From Perna viridis (lineage: Eukaryota), in contig CM074519.1 of the NCBI GenBank assembly GCA_037379345.1, positions 6,572,001-6,636,000 of the forward strand: DNA of 64,000 nucleotides, written 5' to 3'. The position numbers and the translations under genes were made by a program. The first letter of the stretch is position 1. Each line of letters begins with the position of its first letter. Below the pieces are notes generated by a model. The model was not told where the DNA came from. It was given only the letters and a program-made list of their open reading frames with translations, and did no database searches. Below, piece by piece: positions 13,204 to 26,200 of this stretch.

Positions 13204-15600
13204 TATTCTTGACGATTTGCTTTCAAAGTAACAAAAGAAAGACCAGAACAAACTCTGGATAAACCAAATTTCATTTTAATTTGTGCTTCATCTCTTTTTG
13301 TCGAGATTAGCAGTTGCTTCATTATGATATGACTATGATATTTCAGTTTATCGCTTTTTTTTAATTGATATTTCATTTGTTATAGTGCTGTATTAGGGCA
13401 CGATTTAATGTTTGTCAGTCTGAATTTTTAGATATTTATCAGATTACATTAGGTACATGCTATGAAAATATTCAAAATTGAATAATTCATTATAACTAAT
13501 GTCAGATGGGTCATGTATTTGTAATACAACTTCAAAATGCTGCGCAAAATATTAATTTAATAAATAAATTACGGTTTTTACCAGTGGCTGGTTATTTATG
13601 TCGCATTGTTTTACCTCGAGTCATAGCTAGGGGTTAAAGAAAGACGTAAATGACCAGTTTATGGTTAAACAATAATATAATTGAGTTTCCTTGATTTATT
13701 TCGATTCTAATTAGACTGGTATTGCACAAAATGTTGGTCATGTGTGTATCACTTTTTTTTACGATGGCTGTAATCTTAAGAGTTTTGTAGTGTAGAAAAC
13801 AGTGACTACGAAAATTTTGTCTTGATCAAACCAAGATACTCATGTATGAAAAATGATACATCTTACTATGCAGGGGTTTAGATGCTAGAAGGTTTCTAGT
13901 AATACCGAACATTGTATGCGATAGACATCTTGAAAACCGGAACAGGTGTCACACAAACCCACAGTAATAGGTAAGGAAAGTTAATTCAAAGTGAAATCAG
14001 CCTTAACTTTTAAATTAAAATTGAATAATACATAATTAACAAAGAAATAATTAAACAATGATTATTTACAGTATATATCAAGATCCGGTACTGTGAATTA
14101 TGATTATCTTTTTAATGTACAAGCGTTTTTCTATGTCTAACTCATATTATATTACAAACAGGTTACTTATGATGTACTGCACTGTTACACATTACACATT
14201 GATACGCAAACATTTTGAAAATTGCGGTAAATGCGTATCTTAAACTGTTAACTGAGCAGCAGATTATTAATCAAGACGTATTAAAGAACTTACTTTTCAA
14301 TTTTCATCAAAATCGGACCTTTAATTTTTGTATGGTGGCCATTTCAAAAAAAAATATAGACTTCGTTATAACTAATATTTTATCACCAGCAGGTTACTAG
14401 ATAATACATAATATTTGATATTCTATTATATTCTAAGGCATGGATGACATTTTCTTATCCAAGATTTAATCTTATTTGATATCTGTGTCGAATTCGTCAC
14501 CATTGCTTATTGACAAATCTATATTTGCAAAACAATGCAAAAAATATTAAGTGTATATACGTTTTCGCCAATGTCAGAAGTTGCCGGATCTGATTTTCTG
14601 TTTGAAAGTGACTTGGCTTTTATTGATTGGTTTACGTGTAAGATTCTGTGTACAGCGTTTTAATTGTTTCTCCTATAGGGCGTGTAAGTCTCGTCAGGTG
14701 ACGTCGTGGTTTAACGAGAATGGGTCCAAATCTACCATTCAAAGAAATGGAAATTTGTCATTTACAGGGCGTTGATTCAAGTCTTAAAATCCATATCATT
14801 TTCTTGTAGAAATAATGATAAAAATGATTAAAAAAAAATCATTTTACATGATAAAAATGTTAAGAAAGGCAATAAATATACGATTTTGCTTTGTAATGAA
14901 GCGCTCCCAGATCCCGGAAGTAAACAATGAAATGCCGGATTTCAATACGTTCTACTAAGAAAATTCCAGTACGGATAACGAAACTAGAACGAGATTACAA
15001 ACCCTATTCTGGCTTTGCTTGACCCTTACTTCCCGCTTAATTGGACAATAACTTAATGTTAACAGTATATGATATAATTCTATTTTATTAGACAGCACTC
15101 CAGGTAACAGTCATGCAAAATGTGATTCATGGTTGGAAATTCTTCATATTTTAATTTTGGTATTTTGTTCAAAATAATGTAGTTAACAAAAAACATAATA
15201 TGTGGCTTTTCATAAAACCCGTGCTCTTAGGAGATAACAATATATTGAAATGTACTGTAGAATTCAAAATTAAAGTAGATAACTCAGTAAATGCCACTAT
15301 GATATAATAGAAACCGTTGGATTTTCAATTTGGATTATCTTCTAAAAGCAGACCGATTCGAATCTATAATTATAAATTCCATCATATAGACCGCTAAAGA
15401 ACTTAATAACGGGGATTTTCAAGGTGTGTATAAAAATTACAGAATTTGCATGATTCTTACAAAGACTACTACTTAATAAACAAAACAACTACTGTGAATC
15501 CAGTCTAAACCCCTTTGTATTCAATGGACACCGAATCAATGAATACTAAACACAAATTTCAGTAGATTTATAGGGACGGACCTGGTGTTCCATACTTAAA
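13178..15600. repeat. Segmental duplicate of 1-562, 4130-4500 and 4870-5110
   Basis: Colinear shared blocks, e.g. AGTAATAGGT..AATTCAAAGTGAAAT (4165/13963), TTTGATATTCTA..GGCATGG (4361/14414), ACTTCCCGCTTAA (4886/15028). Confidence 0.9.
15092..15472 (+). mobile_element. TTAA-site MITE family A (Kolobok/piggyBac-like), copy 1
   Basis: Imperfect TIR; homologous to 30582-30972 and 40455-40848; empty site in paralogous segment near 4930-4945. Confidence 0.8.
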
Positions 15601-16089
15601 ACGGGATTTTGGTTTCTTTTTCTTTTTTTTTATTTGGGGGGGGGGGTGGGCATCCAATTTTGACATTTAACATAGTCTACCTTAAGAATGTTCTCGCTTC
15701 CCTCTGCCATTTATTTATTTTAAGTCCCCTATTTTATGGATCTGCCCTTGTGGATATATCTTATCAAAGTAGTTTAATCACACCGCATGTTTTGTCTATC
15801 AGGAGCTGTGTCTTAAAATAATAAATCATAAGGTTAAGATGTTGAGAAAATATTTGATTGAGAATGTGCTACAAGAATTGGTTCATCATTTGTTATGTGT
15901 GGAAAATGTACATTTACTGTTGCTGTCATTCATTTGAGGATGTGTTTATTTTACTGAGAATACCTCAGTTCAGGTAGAACGTGTCAATAACTCGAATGTA
16001 TATTAATGTAAACAAACAAACTGACCACCAGTTGTTGATATCATAATTGTCCTGAGTTTAAATATCCAATGTCATACTACACTCCTGAT

Positions 16090-16980
16090 AACAGGCGACG
16101 TAGAGAAAGTAATCCCACTCCACCGTCTGACCAACCTCGTAAAAAAGTCTTGCATAGTGACATCTCCGCCCATTCATATCCAACTTGACAACCCCGTCAT
16201 AGAACCCAGGCAGATGTCCTATAATGCATCACCAAGTACATACCAGCAACAGTACACTTCACCACCGCCTACCACTTTTGCCTTGCAGCAAATTGACATA
16301 AACACCATTATCCAAGAAATCAATCGTGTTACATAATGACATACAGACAACTATCAAAGCGACAATATAACCTGCTCTAAAACCTTATGTCTGTGAAATC
16401 GAACGTCTCTCAGACGAGAACAATAAATTAAGAAACGACATCGATGCCCTCGAACAGTATGGCAGACGGAGCTTAATGCGGTTAAGCGGTATACCTGAAA
16501 GTAAAACTGAAAATACCACCGATATCGCTACCAAAATTGTGAAGAGTATTGATACTGAGTATCAACATGTTGACATTCTCCGCTCTCATCGAGTCGGTAA
16601 CCCTATGCGTAATGACAGACATGGCAGACCCTTACCACCGAGAAAAATAATCGTCAGATTGAAAGACCCTACTGTTAAAAAGCGAATCTTGAAATCATGC
16701 AAAAATCTGAAAGAGAGTGAGGATTACAGTGCTGTGCTTATTAACGAGGATCTAACAAAAAATCGTAATTCGATAGCCTACAAAGCTCGTCAACCCAAAA
16801 ACAAAAAGTTCATAAAGCAAACCTGGACAGTTGATGGCGCTCCGAGATTTCATAAGTGCCAATTGCCCGTGTGCAATGAACATTATATATCCTCCTAATC
16901 CAACAGATGAACCTGTTCCTAGGCATAACCAAACAAATATAATTCCGAAGTTGTCATATGCAGCTGCAGAAGTTATAAAT
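16090..16980 (+). mobile_element. Decayed LINE ORF1 (CR1/L2-type coiled-coil + RRM-like)
   Basis: ENNKLRNDIDALEQYGRRSLMRLSGIPE...SHRVG...PRKIIVRL...INEDLT; frameshifted. Confidence 0.8.
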
Positions 16981-17019
16981 TAAATGTTGATTAAAGAAAA
17001 AACATTAATTAATTAATTA

Positions 17020-17810
17020 ACAATCTTGGTATGGATTTGTCTTTGAATATGGGGGAATTTTGTTGGTAACGTTTTTGTGATGGAGGATGTTAGCCAAATT
17101 AAATGCTTTGTTAACAAACGGTAGTGGACGAAATGATCTTTTTTCTTCATCTTGACTTTTCACACAACTGGTTTAAAGAGTCTGTGGAAACCAGTATCCA
17201 AAATGATGGCAACAAGTCTGTACAATGGTGAGGTGGGGTCAGAAACAGGAGTGTCAAGGCTTGTTTTGTAAAAGGGTTTTAGTAGAGTGAGAGGTATAGA
17301 ATAAAGTTTGGTTCTAATGTGATGAGTCCATGAGGTTTTTGTATGAAAGAAAGGAGACCATCTATGGAGACGTCATGTAACTTAGGTGAGGTATAGTGGC
17401 GGTGGCCATGACTCCTTTCCGTCTTGGATTTTCGTCAAATAACTTCATCACATTTATTACATATTGTTATATTGGCTTAAAAGGTTTCCTATACTTTTGA
17501 TGTTGTCATTGCATCCGTAAGGTATTGCAATAACTAATCTGCAATCCTCTCTTTCCCTACGATAATTTTTACTTAGAACGGGGGTGTTTGTAGGATGATA
17601 TTTTTTTTTTCTAAAATACGAACTTTCATAGAGAGGATTGAATGATCTTGTTGATTAAAGTGTTGATAAACTGTCGGGAATTTGGTGGTTTTAATTCCCA
17701 AACAATAACTGCACATTCTTTCGTTTATTCGTTCTTGCGTTTCTCTAGCATATACTAAAACACATAAGTTGCATTCTAATCCATATATTAATTTGTTGAT
17801 TTGCAACTTA
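17020..17810 (-). mobile_element. Penelope-like element fragment (degenerate GIY-YIG endonuclease)
   Basis: LIYGLECNLCVLVYARET...INERM...VYQHFNQQDHSILSMKVRILEK, then remnants of TAIPYGCNDNI. Confidence 0.75.
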
Positions 17811-19642
17811 AACCCAGTTTTCAAAAATGGGAATCCTAGTGAAGTAAAAAAATTACAGACCCATTTCCCTGCTTTGCTTCATATCAAAATGTATGGAACG
17901 TTGTGTTATATATATATACAATTTTCTTTTAGATCATAATGTTATTACTTCTAACCAGTCGGGCTTTACTTGCGGTGACTCAGCAATCAAATATCTTGTT
18001 TATATTACAAATGAATTTGGAAAGGCATTAGACAGCGGGAAAGAAGTTCGTGTAGTATTTTGCGATATTAGCAAAACTTTTGATCGTGTTTGGCATAAGG
18101 GTTATTATTTAAGCTAGAAAAATATGGAATATCTGGCAATTTATTAAATTGGGTTAAAAATACCTCACAGGTGGGAGACATAGAGAAGTCCTGAACGGGA
18201 AAAAGTCCGATTGCAGGGAAATAAATGCTGCTGTTCCACAGGGTTTTATTTTGGGACCACTTTTCCTTTTGATATTTATTAATGATATTGTGGACGAATT
18301 CGATGCCTTTATTAAATTATTTGCTGACGATACAAGTCTTTATCTGTAGATAGATAATGCAGCTGAATCGGCAGAGATACTGAGTAGGGATATCGATAAA
18401 ATTCACCAATGGTCAGAAAGGTGGTTAGTAAAATTTAATCCGCAGAAAATGGTCATTTCAGGTAAAAAAATCAAACCACTTCACCCGCCGTTCACAGTGA
18501 ATCAACACGACATACAAAAGGAAATAGTCATAAATACTTTCGCGATATAATATCGAACAATGGATTATGGCACGATCGTATTGAATATATCGTTAAAAAG
18601 CATATAAGCAACTGAACATAATTAGAACACTCAATTTCTCTGTCTATACATATACTTTGCAGAGAATATATATGAGTTTTATTCGACCTATTGTGGAATA
18701 TGGAGATGTAATCTTGGATTGTAGCAACCAGTCCCTCATCGATAAAGTCGACAACGTCAACTGGACGCCGCAAGAATTGTAACTGGGGCTGAACGGCATA
18801 GATTACTATTACTTCAAAAGATTTTGACAAATAATACACAGGCTTATCTACATAATATTAAACCAAACTTAATCATAGATCGGCATACCCATAACACTCG
18901 TCAATCTCGGAATATAACTGAGATTCGTACTCGCACTAATTTGTATTCAGAATTATTCATACCATCTGCCATTAAATTATGGAATAAATTGCCTCATTGT
19001 ATACCTGATTCCAAATCTTTAAACATGTTTAAAGATCACATACAAAGGTTTGATAAAAATGTCCTGCCTATTATCATAGCGGATCAAGAATTGGACAGAT
19101 TTTACATAGTAGACTGCAAATGAACTGTAGTTCTTTAAATTAACTTCTTTTTTTTCGCAACCTAGTGAATTCGCCGAATTGCGTTTGCGGAAGAAGTGAA
19201 TCAATATCTCGTTTCTTTTTACATTGTGATGGATATCGCGAACTTTGCAATGAGACTTTATTTTCCCTAAATTTACCAGTTATGTTAAATACCGATATTT
19301 TACTATTTGGTTCTGATCGGATGACCGATAATCAAAATAAGCAAGTTTTTATCAAGGTGCAGAAATTTCTTTTAAAAAGCAAGATATTTATTAACTGACT
19401 TGCAACTTTATTAATCTTATGTTCTTTCGAATTGAACTCTTCGCCATTTCTCTTTCCACAATTTGTTAATCGTTTAAATTATGTTATTAAGCGCATGCAA
19501 TCTTTGTATTATATTTTTGTCAATATCGCAGGAGATGGACTTGTAAAAGCCTTGAGGCTTGTTTCCAGATTCTGGCAGATAAAATATTGTTTTGTATTAA
19601 ATGACATGTGTATATTTGCTGAATAAATATGTTTAAACTAAA
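17811..19642 (+). mobile_element. Decayed CR1-type LINE ORF2 (reverse transcriptase) and 3' tail
   Basis: NYRPISLL, QSGF, VFCDISKTFDRVWHKG, VPQGFILGPLF, LFADDT, C-terminal CVCG..H/C; many frameshifts; AATAAA-TATGTTTAAACTAA tail. Confidence 0.9.
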
Positions 19643-21074
19643 GAGTAAGAAACCTGACTTTTCAGTAAAATACAGGCTAAATATATATAGATCGTAGTAC
19701 AATGTTCACCGGGATACGCACATTTTTTACGGGTAGATGAAAGTATATTTTCAGAGCAAAATAGGTTTTCTCTTAGATTTTACAATACAAATGTCTTTAA
19801 ATAGAAAATAAAAATAACTAAATAAAAAAGCAGCTACCAATGTACAGACTGTCGAAATATACTTTAATGTATGTGAATTCCTTTTCTGAAAATAGGAGGT
19901 CGGTATTTTTTTCTCAGTTCCACGACAACATTCATGTATTAAGCCGGAATTTTTCGAATGAAAATATCTGTGGATTTTGTCCAAGGGCGATTTACTTTGG
20001 AAGACCAATCAACATCACGTACTTTATTTTTTTCTGGAAGCGCCAAGGTTTCACCGTGAAATCCCAGACGTCAGGATGGCCGGTGTTAAATATGTTTCTA
20101 TTATTCGCGAATGCTTTGCAACTGTACAACTCATCGACATGTATGTTTACATCAATAAACTGTAAGCAAACATTGATTTATTTGTCTAAATAGGTATAAC
20201 TCACACACAATTCAATTGATAATAATTGTCTGAGTAATATGCACAACAAAATATAATGTCAAAACTTCCTACAAAGTTTCGTAAAATTTTGGTGGAGTGG
20301 TTTCTGTGACGAACAGACAGACAGAGAAGAGGAACAAACAAACACGGTTAAAGCAATATGATTCCCATGGCAACCAGCATGGGGAAAATATAATTAATTA
20401 TTTGTTACGAATGTATTGAGAACTATCTTATGGACTAAATACCGACATAAAATGTCGAAGCATCAATGTTAAGACAATTCTGGCGCATCAAAATCCAAGT
20501 AAATGGTATAAACATTAAAACAGTAAACAGAGACGATCTACATACACAATGTAGCGAATAAAAAAAATAAATTATAAGATATTATACAAAAAAATGTACT
20601 AATTGAACCGTAAGTGAAACCACGGCATGTAATTGTAAAAAAAGGCATGACACAATATTCAAAAAACTCATTTGTAAATTTCCTGACAATTAAACTCAAC
20701 CTTATTTTAATGGTACTTAACTACCTATTCGTTCGGAGAGTATCGCGTAATACCACGCTTATTCGTGTTTTAGCCCTACAAAACCGGAAGTACAGCTCAG
20801 CTAAGGACACCTATCATATTTAATGCGAGTAAGATTTTGTGAGAGTCTAAATTTCACTTATTTAACTTCCGGACACACACTGTCATGGAGGAGTCATCAA
20901 ACGATACAATTCCATGATTTTCAACTGATTAAATTTCAAACGCAACAAATAAAAGAAAGCTATAATCGAAAGTTTAATCAAGCCAAAAAGAATCTTAGAG
21001 ACTGATGGATGGAAAACATTTCTAAATTGATATTCTTGTAACAACTTTTTATAAATAAAACAACAGCAAAAAAA

Positions 21075-23155
21075 AAACAAATCAAAATATCGTCTTTATT
21101 GAAATAAAACCATTTCATACAACAATTATGCCAGGAAGATATTCACATGTTACGAGCAAATCAAGTATCATATCTTACGGCTGGTACATGCAGTATAGAG
21201 AGTTTTGTATGATGTCATCACTTACCTGTGATTTGGTTTTGGTTGGCAAAAAATCCATTGTGTGGCATAGGGCATCAATTTTAAATCATTTTAAAGATAA
21301 CTGAAAGAGTACTCAAGGGAACCAAGGCTATAGCGGTAATCAAAAGAATGTAATCCTGGGACAAATACCAGATTTGAAAAATTCTTTTGGTTCCCAACAT
21401 TACAAATAAAATTCTTTTTATCCATGGAATTTTAAATATATATAATAAATATTCAGTAATTAGACTATATGTGCAAAAGATTTTAATTATAATTTTATAC
21501 AAAAATAGAGGTTTACATACATAATATGAATTATTTTAACTAAATGACACATTTTACAGAACCAAATTGGATATAAAATAAAAAGTTATAAAGTTTGAAA
21601 ATTGGGATTCTAATCACGAATTTGTCAATTGTTTATTTAGTGGTTTATTTGCCAACCAATATGACACTTTTTGATATGCAAATTAGTAAATATGACATCA
21701 CTAATGAGATTAGCGAACTCTCCTATACATTTCCAATTAAAATTTGGCAAAAGTTGTCGATTGGATGTTATTTTAAACAATCGAATGTTAGATATCTCAG
21801 AAATATGAAATCTATGATTGGGCAAATCTGTTATTGTATTTCCTAATCTTGTTAAGGAAGGTAAGGAAATCTCTAAAAACACCTTTTAACATTACCAAAA
21901 TACGACAACTTGTGACGAAGACAAAATATCTTTAAGACTTGAATTGAATTGTCTTCGTGTTCCACATATATAAATTTGCTCTGCACATCAAATTTATCAT
22001 ATATCACAGTGTGCTTAGGAATAATAAAATTCATAATAAAAAGTTGAATAAAAAGAGTATCTCTAAACTTTGTTATCACAGAAAATATAAAACACCGTTT
22101 GCATATAAATGTACAAGTCATTTTTGGAATCAAGCAATCGTAAACAAATTTAATAAAAAGCGATAAATCATCTATGTAGTACATTTGTACATGGTTTGAA
22201 GCTCCAACGTCTGATACTTACAGCATCATTTAAAAGGGAAACTCATAAACAGGACAGAATAACCTAAGTGTCAATTCATGAACAAAATTCAGTTACTTCA
22301 CGTCTTACAACAGCAGAATGTTTTTGATTTGTTACCTCCCTTATTACTTGACTTTAAAAAACTGAGCATTTTTATTACTTCCCTTCATACGTATATTAAA
22401 CTGAATTCAATACAGAAGTTTAATGTTCATACAAAATATTTAACTGAATCAAAACAAAAGTTAAATGTTCATATAAAAGTCCGTGAAAGTCCGTAAAGTA
22501 TAATATATGTACACGTTTTTTCATTCATGTTATAGCAGTTCATCTGTGGAAATGAACTATAAAAGTAATACTCCTGTAAACATCAAATGTTAGTCTTACT
22601 GAAATCAGCATACACGTAACGATTTCAAAAAATAACTTTTAACATAAAATTAATTAACAGATAATAGAGATTGTCATTTGTGTGAACTTAATTAACAGAA
22701 AATACAGATTGTCATTTCACTAGATTTTAAACCTGTACAAATATATACAAACCCATTACCAAATATTATGTGCACCAAAAATTTACTACTCGTGAAAAGT
22801 ACTATTATTACACAATGAACCACCCCCTTTCCCATTTCACACAGAAAAAAATTATTACCAAAAAATCTTCCCCTCATTTTTCATTTTTTATCAACCAAAA
22901 GTTTTTTAATACCCTCGAATTTACATTTATTTTTGTTTCACTGAATTACTTGTAGAAACATATAACTTTGAAACAAGTGTATGCTTTTGTATGCTTTGAA
23001 ATCGAATTCCGCCTTCCCGCCTAAAACATAAAACAAAATCCATATTTTTTCAATACATGGACCATGCAACTAAAACATGACAAGACAAACTCATTACATG
23101 AGGGAAGACAGCATAGTTAATAAAGTCCACTGGACTGATAAATGTTTGGGGTTCT
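21075..23155 (-). other. Probable AU-rich NOS 3' UTR
   Basis: Minus-strand AATAAA at 22926-22931, 21632-21637 and 21095-21100. The last is followed by a U/GU-rich tract. The site actually used is unknown. Confidence 0.45.
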
Positions 23156-23209
23156 TCACTGTTTCTTAACAGCTAAACCGAAAATATCCTCATGAAGTCT
23201 GTCTTCAGC
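23156..23209 (-). CDS. NOS: NOS exon 24 (terminal)
   Basis: ttttacag|[20 protein letters not shown]. Confidence 0.93.
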   Translation of the reverse strand, partial: AEDRLHEDIFGLAVKKQ

Positions 23210-26200
23210 CTGTAAAATAGACAATAAACATGACAGTAATAATAAGAATATTAACTGGTATTTAAAATATAATACAACGAGTCATTTTTTATCTATGTTC
23301 ATTGTTCAAAGAAAGAAAACCATGGATTTGATAAAATAACATGAAATGAAATGCAAGGTTAACATACCGAGTCACACAACCAACAAAAACATAAAATAAC
23401 TGACATAATATGTACAAGGAAACAAAAGTAAATAAACAATCCGGTATGAATATCCCATGTCTAAAGCAAAATAAGGATGACATAAAAAAAAAAACGTAGA
23501 CCTACTTTTAAAATATTATTAAAACTAAAAGGCAACGAACAATGGAACGATGAAAAGATATTAATAGCAGATAAGTACAAAATAAAACAGAGACAAGAAA
23601 TAGACCAGTCAGCCCTATTGCGTAAGATGTGAGTTATAATAAGAATTTCAAAACAGGCGTTGTTCAAGTAATCAGAGACGTCACAGTCGATTAGTCGTAA
23701 CGATGTCATTGGAATTACCGATGTTTTAGTACCATAGTAGTAGCTTGAGGCACTAAGAACAATAAAAAAACAATTAAGCAACAGAAAAAATATCTTCATT
23801 TTGTTGAGGCATGCGTCACCATTGTAGTAGCCTGACGTACTAAGAACAAACGGAAAACAATTAAGTGACAGATAAATTACCTTCATTTTGTTGAGGTATG
23901 CATCACTTTGGTAGTCAGTCATATTGCCATGTCTCTGTATAACAGAGAGTAGTGTATTTTTGACATCTGATGCCATCTGAATATTTCCACAGATGTAGAA
24001 GTGACCGTTGCCGTGCACTATTAGCTGGAAAACTTCTTTTCCGTTCTGTTTGATCAGGTCTTGGACATAGGTCTGTAATTATGAAAAAGATAGTCATAAT
24101 GTGAAGGCGACTTCCAAAAACTATCAGAAATTATCACTTATCAATTGATTTCATCACATTTTTTATCATCATTATTTTCACGTGTTACTGAATAACTTGT
24201 ATATTGCATATATTCAGAGCTAGTGAATGGTTGAAATTATTACGTATTATAAATCACCAAAGAAAGCTTCAGGGGTTAACTACTCCTTGCTATATCAAAC
24301 AGCATACAAAAAGTTGTAGATGTTTATATGCACAGACCTAAAACACTTTACTTCTGGCCCTTCGTGTATTGATCTATCATTTACCCAGAGTTTTTTAATC
24401 TAATATTAAAATAATTAATATCATTGCCCATTTCGTAATCGTTATACATTTAAAAGCTTAACTCATACAAAGACTGTAACATTAATGCGAATATGACTCA
24501 TATTTTTCTTGTTTACAAAGTGAAAAAGTTCAAATAATATGCCTACCTTTCTGGCTCCGGGTTCTCGCGAATATGCAAAGTAACATTTACTCATCACTCC
24601 TTCAAACTCACACTGTGTTATCTCATTTTTATAGAAGTTGTCTGTCGTGGAATTACGGCATCCAAAATACAAAATCATTGGTCCATAGTTGCCTACATAT
24701 AGGGAATGATTTATCTCGTAAACAGTTTAAAAAATGTACAAAGTGACAACCTTCATTTTTAGTGCTTAAATGTTTCAATCAGGATAAAAACGCTTTTTCA
24801 ACACGTTTTATGCTGTCATTGTTTTTTAGCTCAATGATTTATAGATTTAAATAGAACTTTTCACTGCTTTTAGTTATTAGAGTTAATCAAAACATTTTTG
24901 AATACTATACAACTGAATGGGTTGAACTTCCCATTTAATGTGGAATGTCACAATGGAGCATTTGGAATTGGTAAATGGGTAAAGGTGCCTTGGAGTATGG
25001 GGCAGGGTAAAAACATTATTATAGTGTGGCGTCTGTAAAAGGTTTTGATTCCACAACCGTTGTAAAATTTATGATCAACGTCAAAGACATATGAAGGCCG
25101 ACGTCCTTAATAATTTTAACCCAATTTCAAATCAATCTAGTTGTTAACATGATATTTAAATGTATGACGATGGCAAAAATAATGGTTAATAGGATTTTGG
25201 TAATCAGGGTGCGGATGGGGCAATAACGAAACTTGCAATGGTACATGGGACTATGGGGAATAGGACGTGGTTGATGCAATAGATTTGTGGCATGGGGATT
25301 GGAATAAATGAATAACATGCATAGTGTTTATAAACAAAGTTTTGTCGATTTATGTATGAATATTAAGTTGTATATTCAGTGAAAACAGTGACAGATTGTC
25401 TTAATTTTCTTTGTCTTTTTATTATAATTATTCGCATGTTTTCCTAATATTAAATTTGTTAACGGTTATAGGGATTATTACCTTTAGATAATGGCAAAAA
25501 TGAATAGACAATAGAAATAAAGGAAATTCGGGTTTGAAATGGGGATTAGGAAATCAGGAAATGACCTGTTCCTTATCTTGTAAAACAAATTGTATATCAA
25601 CGAAAAAGTCCTACCACGCCTTTTCCTCATATCCACTTTTCTTTGCATCCAGAAGCTTCTGAATGGTGCAATACCGGTTCCTGGTCCAACCATTATAATA
25701 GGAGTTGTCTTGCTGCTTGGCATGTGGAAAAGAGGTGCACTACAATGAGAATAGCACGAGAGTGAGTGGCAGAAATCTATGTTTATATCTAACATCCTAT
25801 TTTAAAGTAGATCAATTTTTTTATAATTTCAATACAGTTTAATCACAGAAATTTAATCAAAATGAGAGTGACAATTCTAAAACAACATGAAAATATTTTG
25901 AATTGGAATATATGTCAGTTTATAGTATCTTGATGATGAATCAATTACATCACAGATACATACAAACGAAACACTTACGTATTCACTACCATACTACAAT
26001 TAAAATATTCTAGTTTACATACGATTTCACAGCACACAGGAGATCTTGTCCTACTCTGACATCATTCAGCCAATTACTACAAAGTCCCCTGTGTGTTTGT
26101 CCATCTAAATACAAAATATACCAATCATAAAAATAATGTAAAGTATATGTATTCTTGTTTTTGTTTTAAGAAATCCTCTTTTTAGAAGAATACGTAACAA

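Noticed and set aside
19700-22955. Cluster of 60-117 aa ORFs on both strands
   Set aside because: Low-complexity chance ORFs in AT-rich UTR, intergenic or repeat DNA
23117-23158. Readthrough or selenocysteine at the NOS TGA (would add RTPNIYQSSGLY)
   Set aside because: The extension does not resemble NOS tails, the stop context is not a typical readthrough motif, and I recognised no SECIS
23461-23880. Hydrophobic extension of the 185-aa ORF as a membrane anchor
   Set aside because: It is read-through into intron 23, partly the 87-bp duplication; the true terminal exon is 23156-23209
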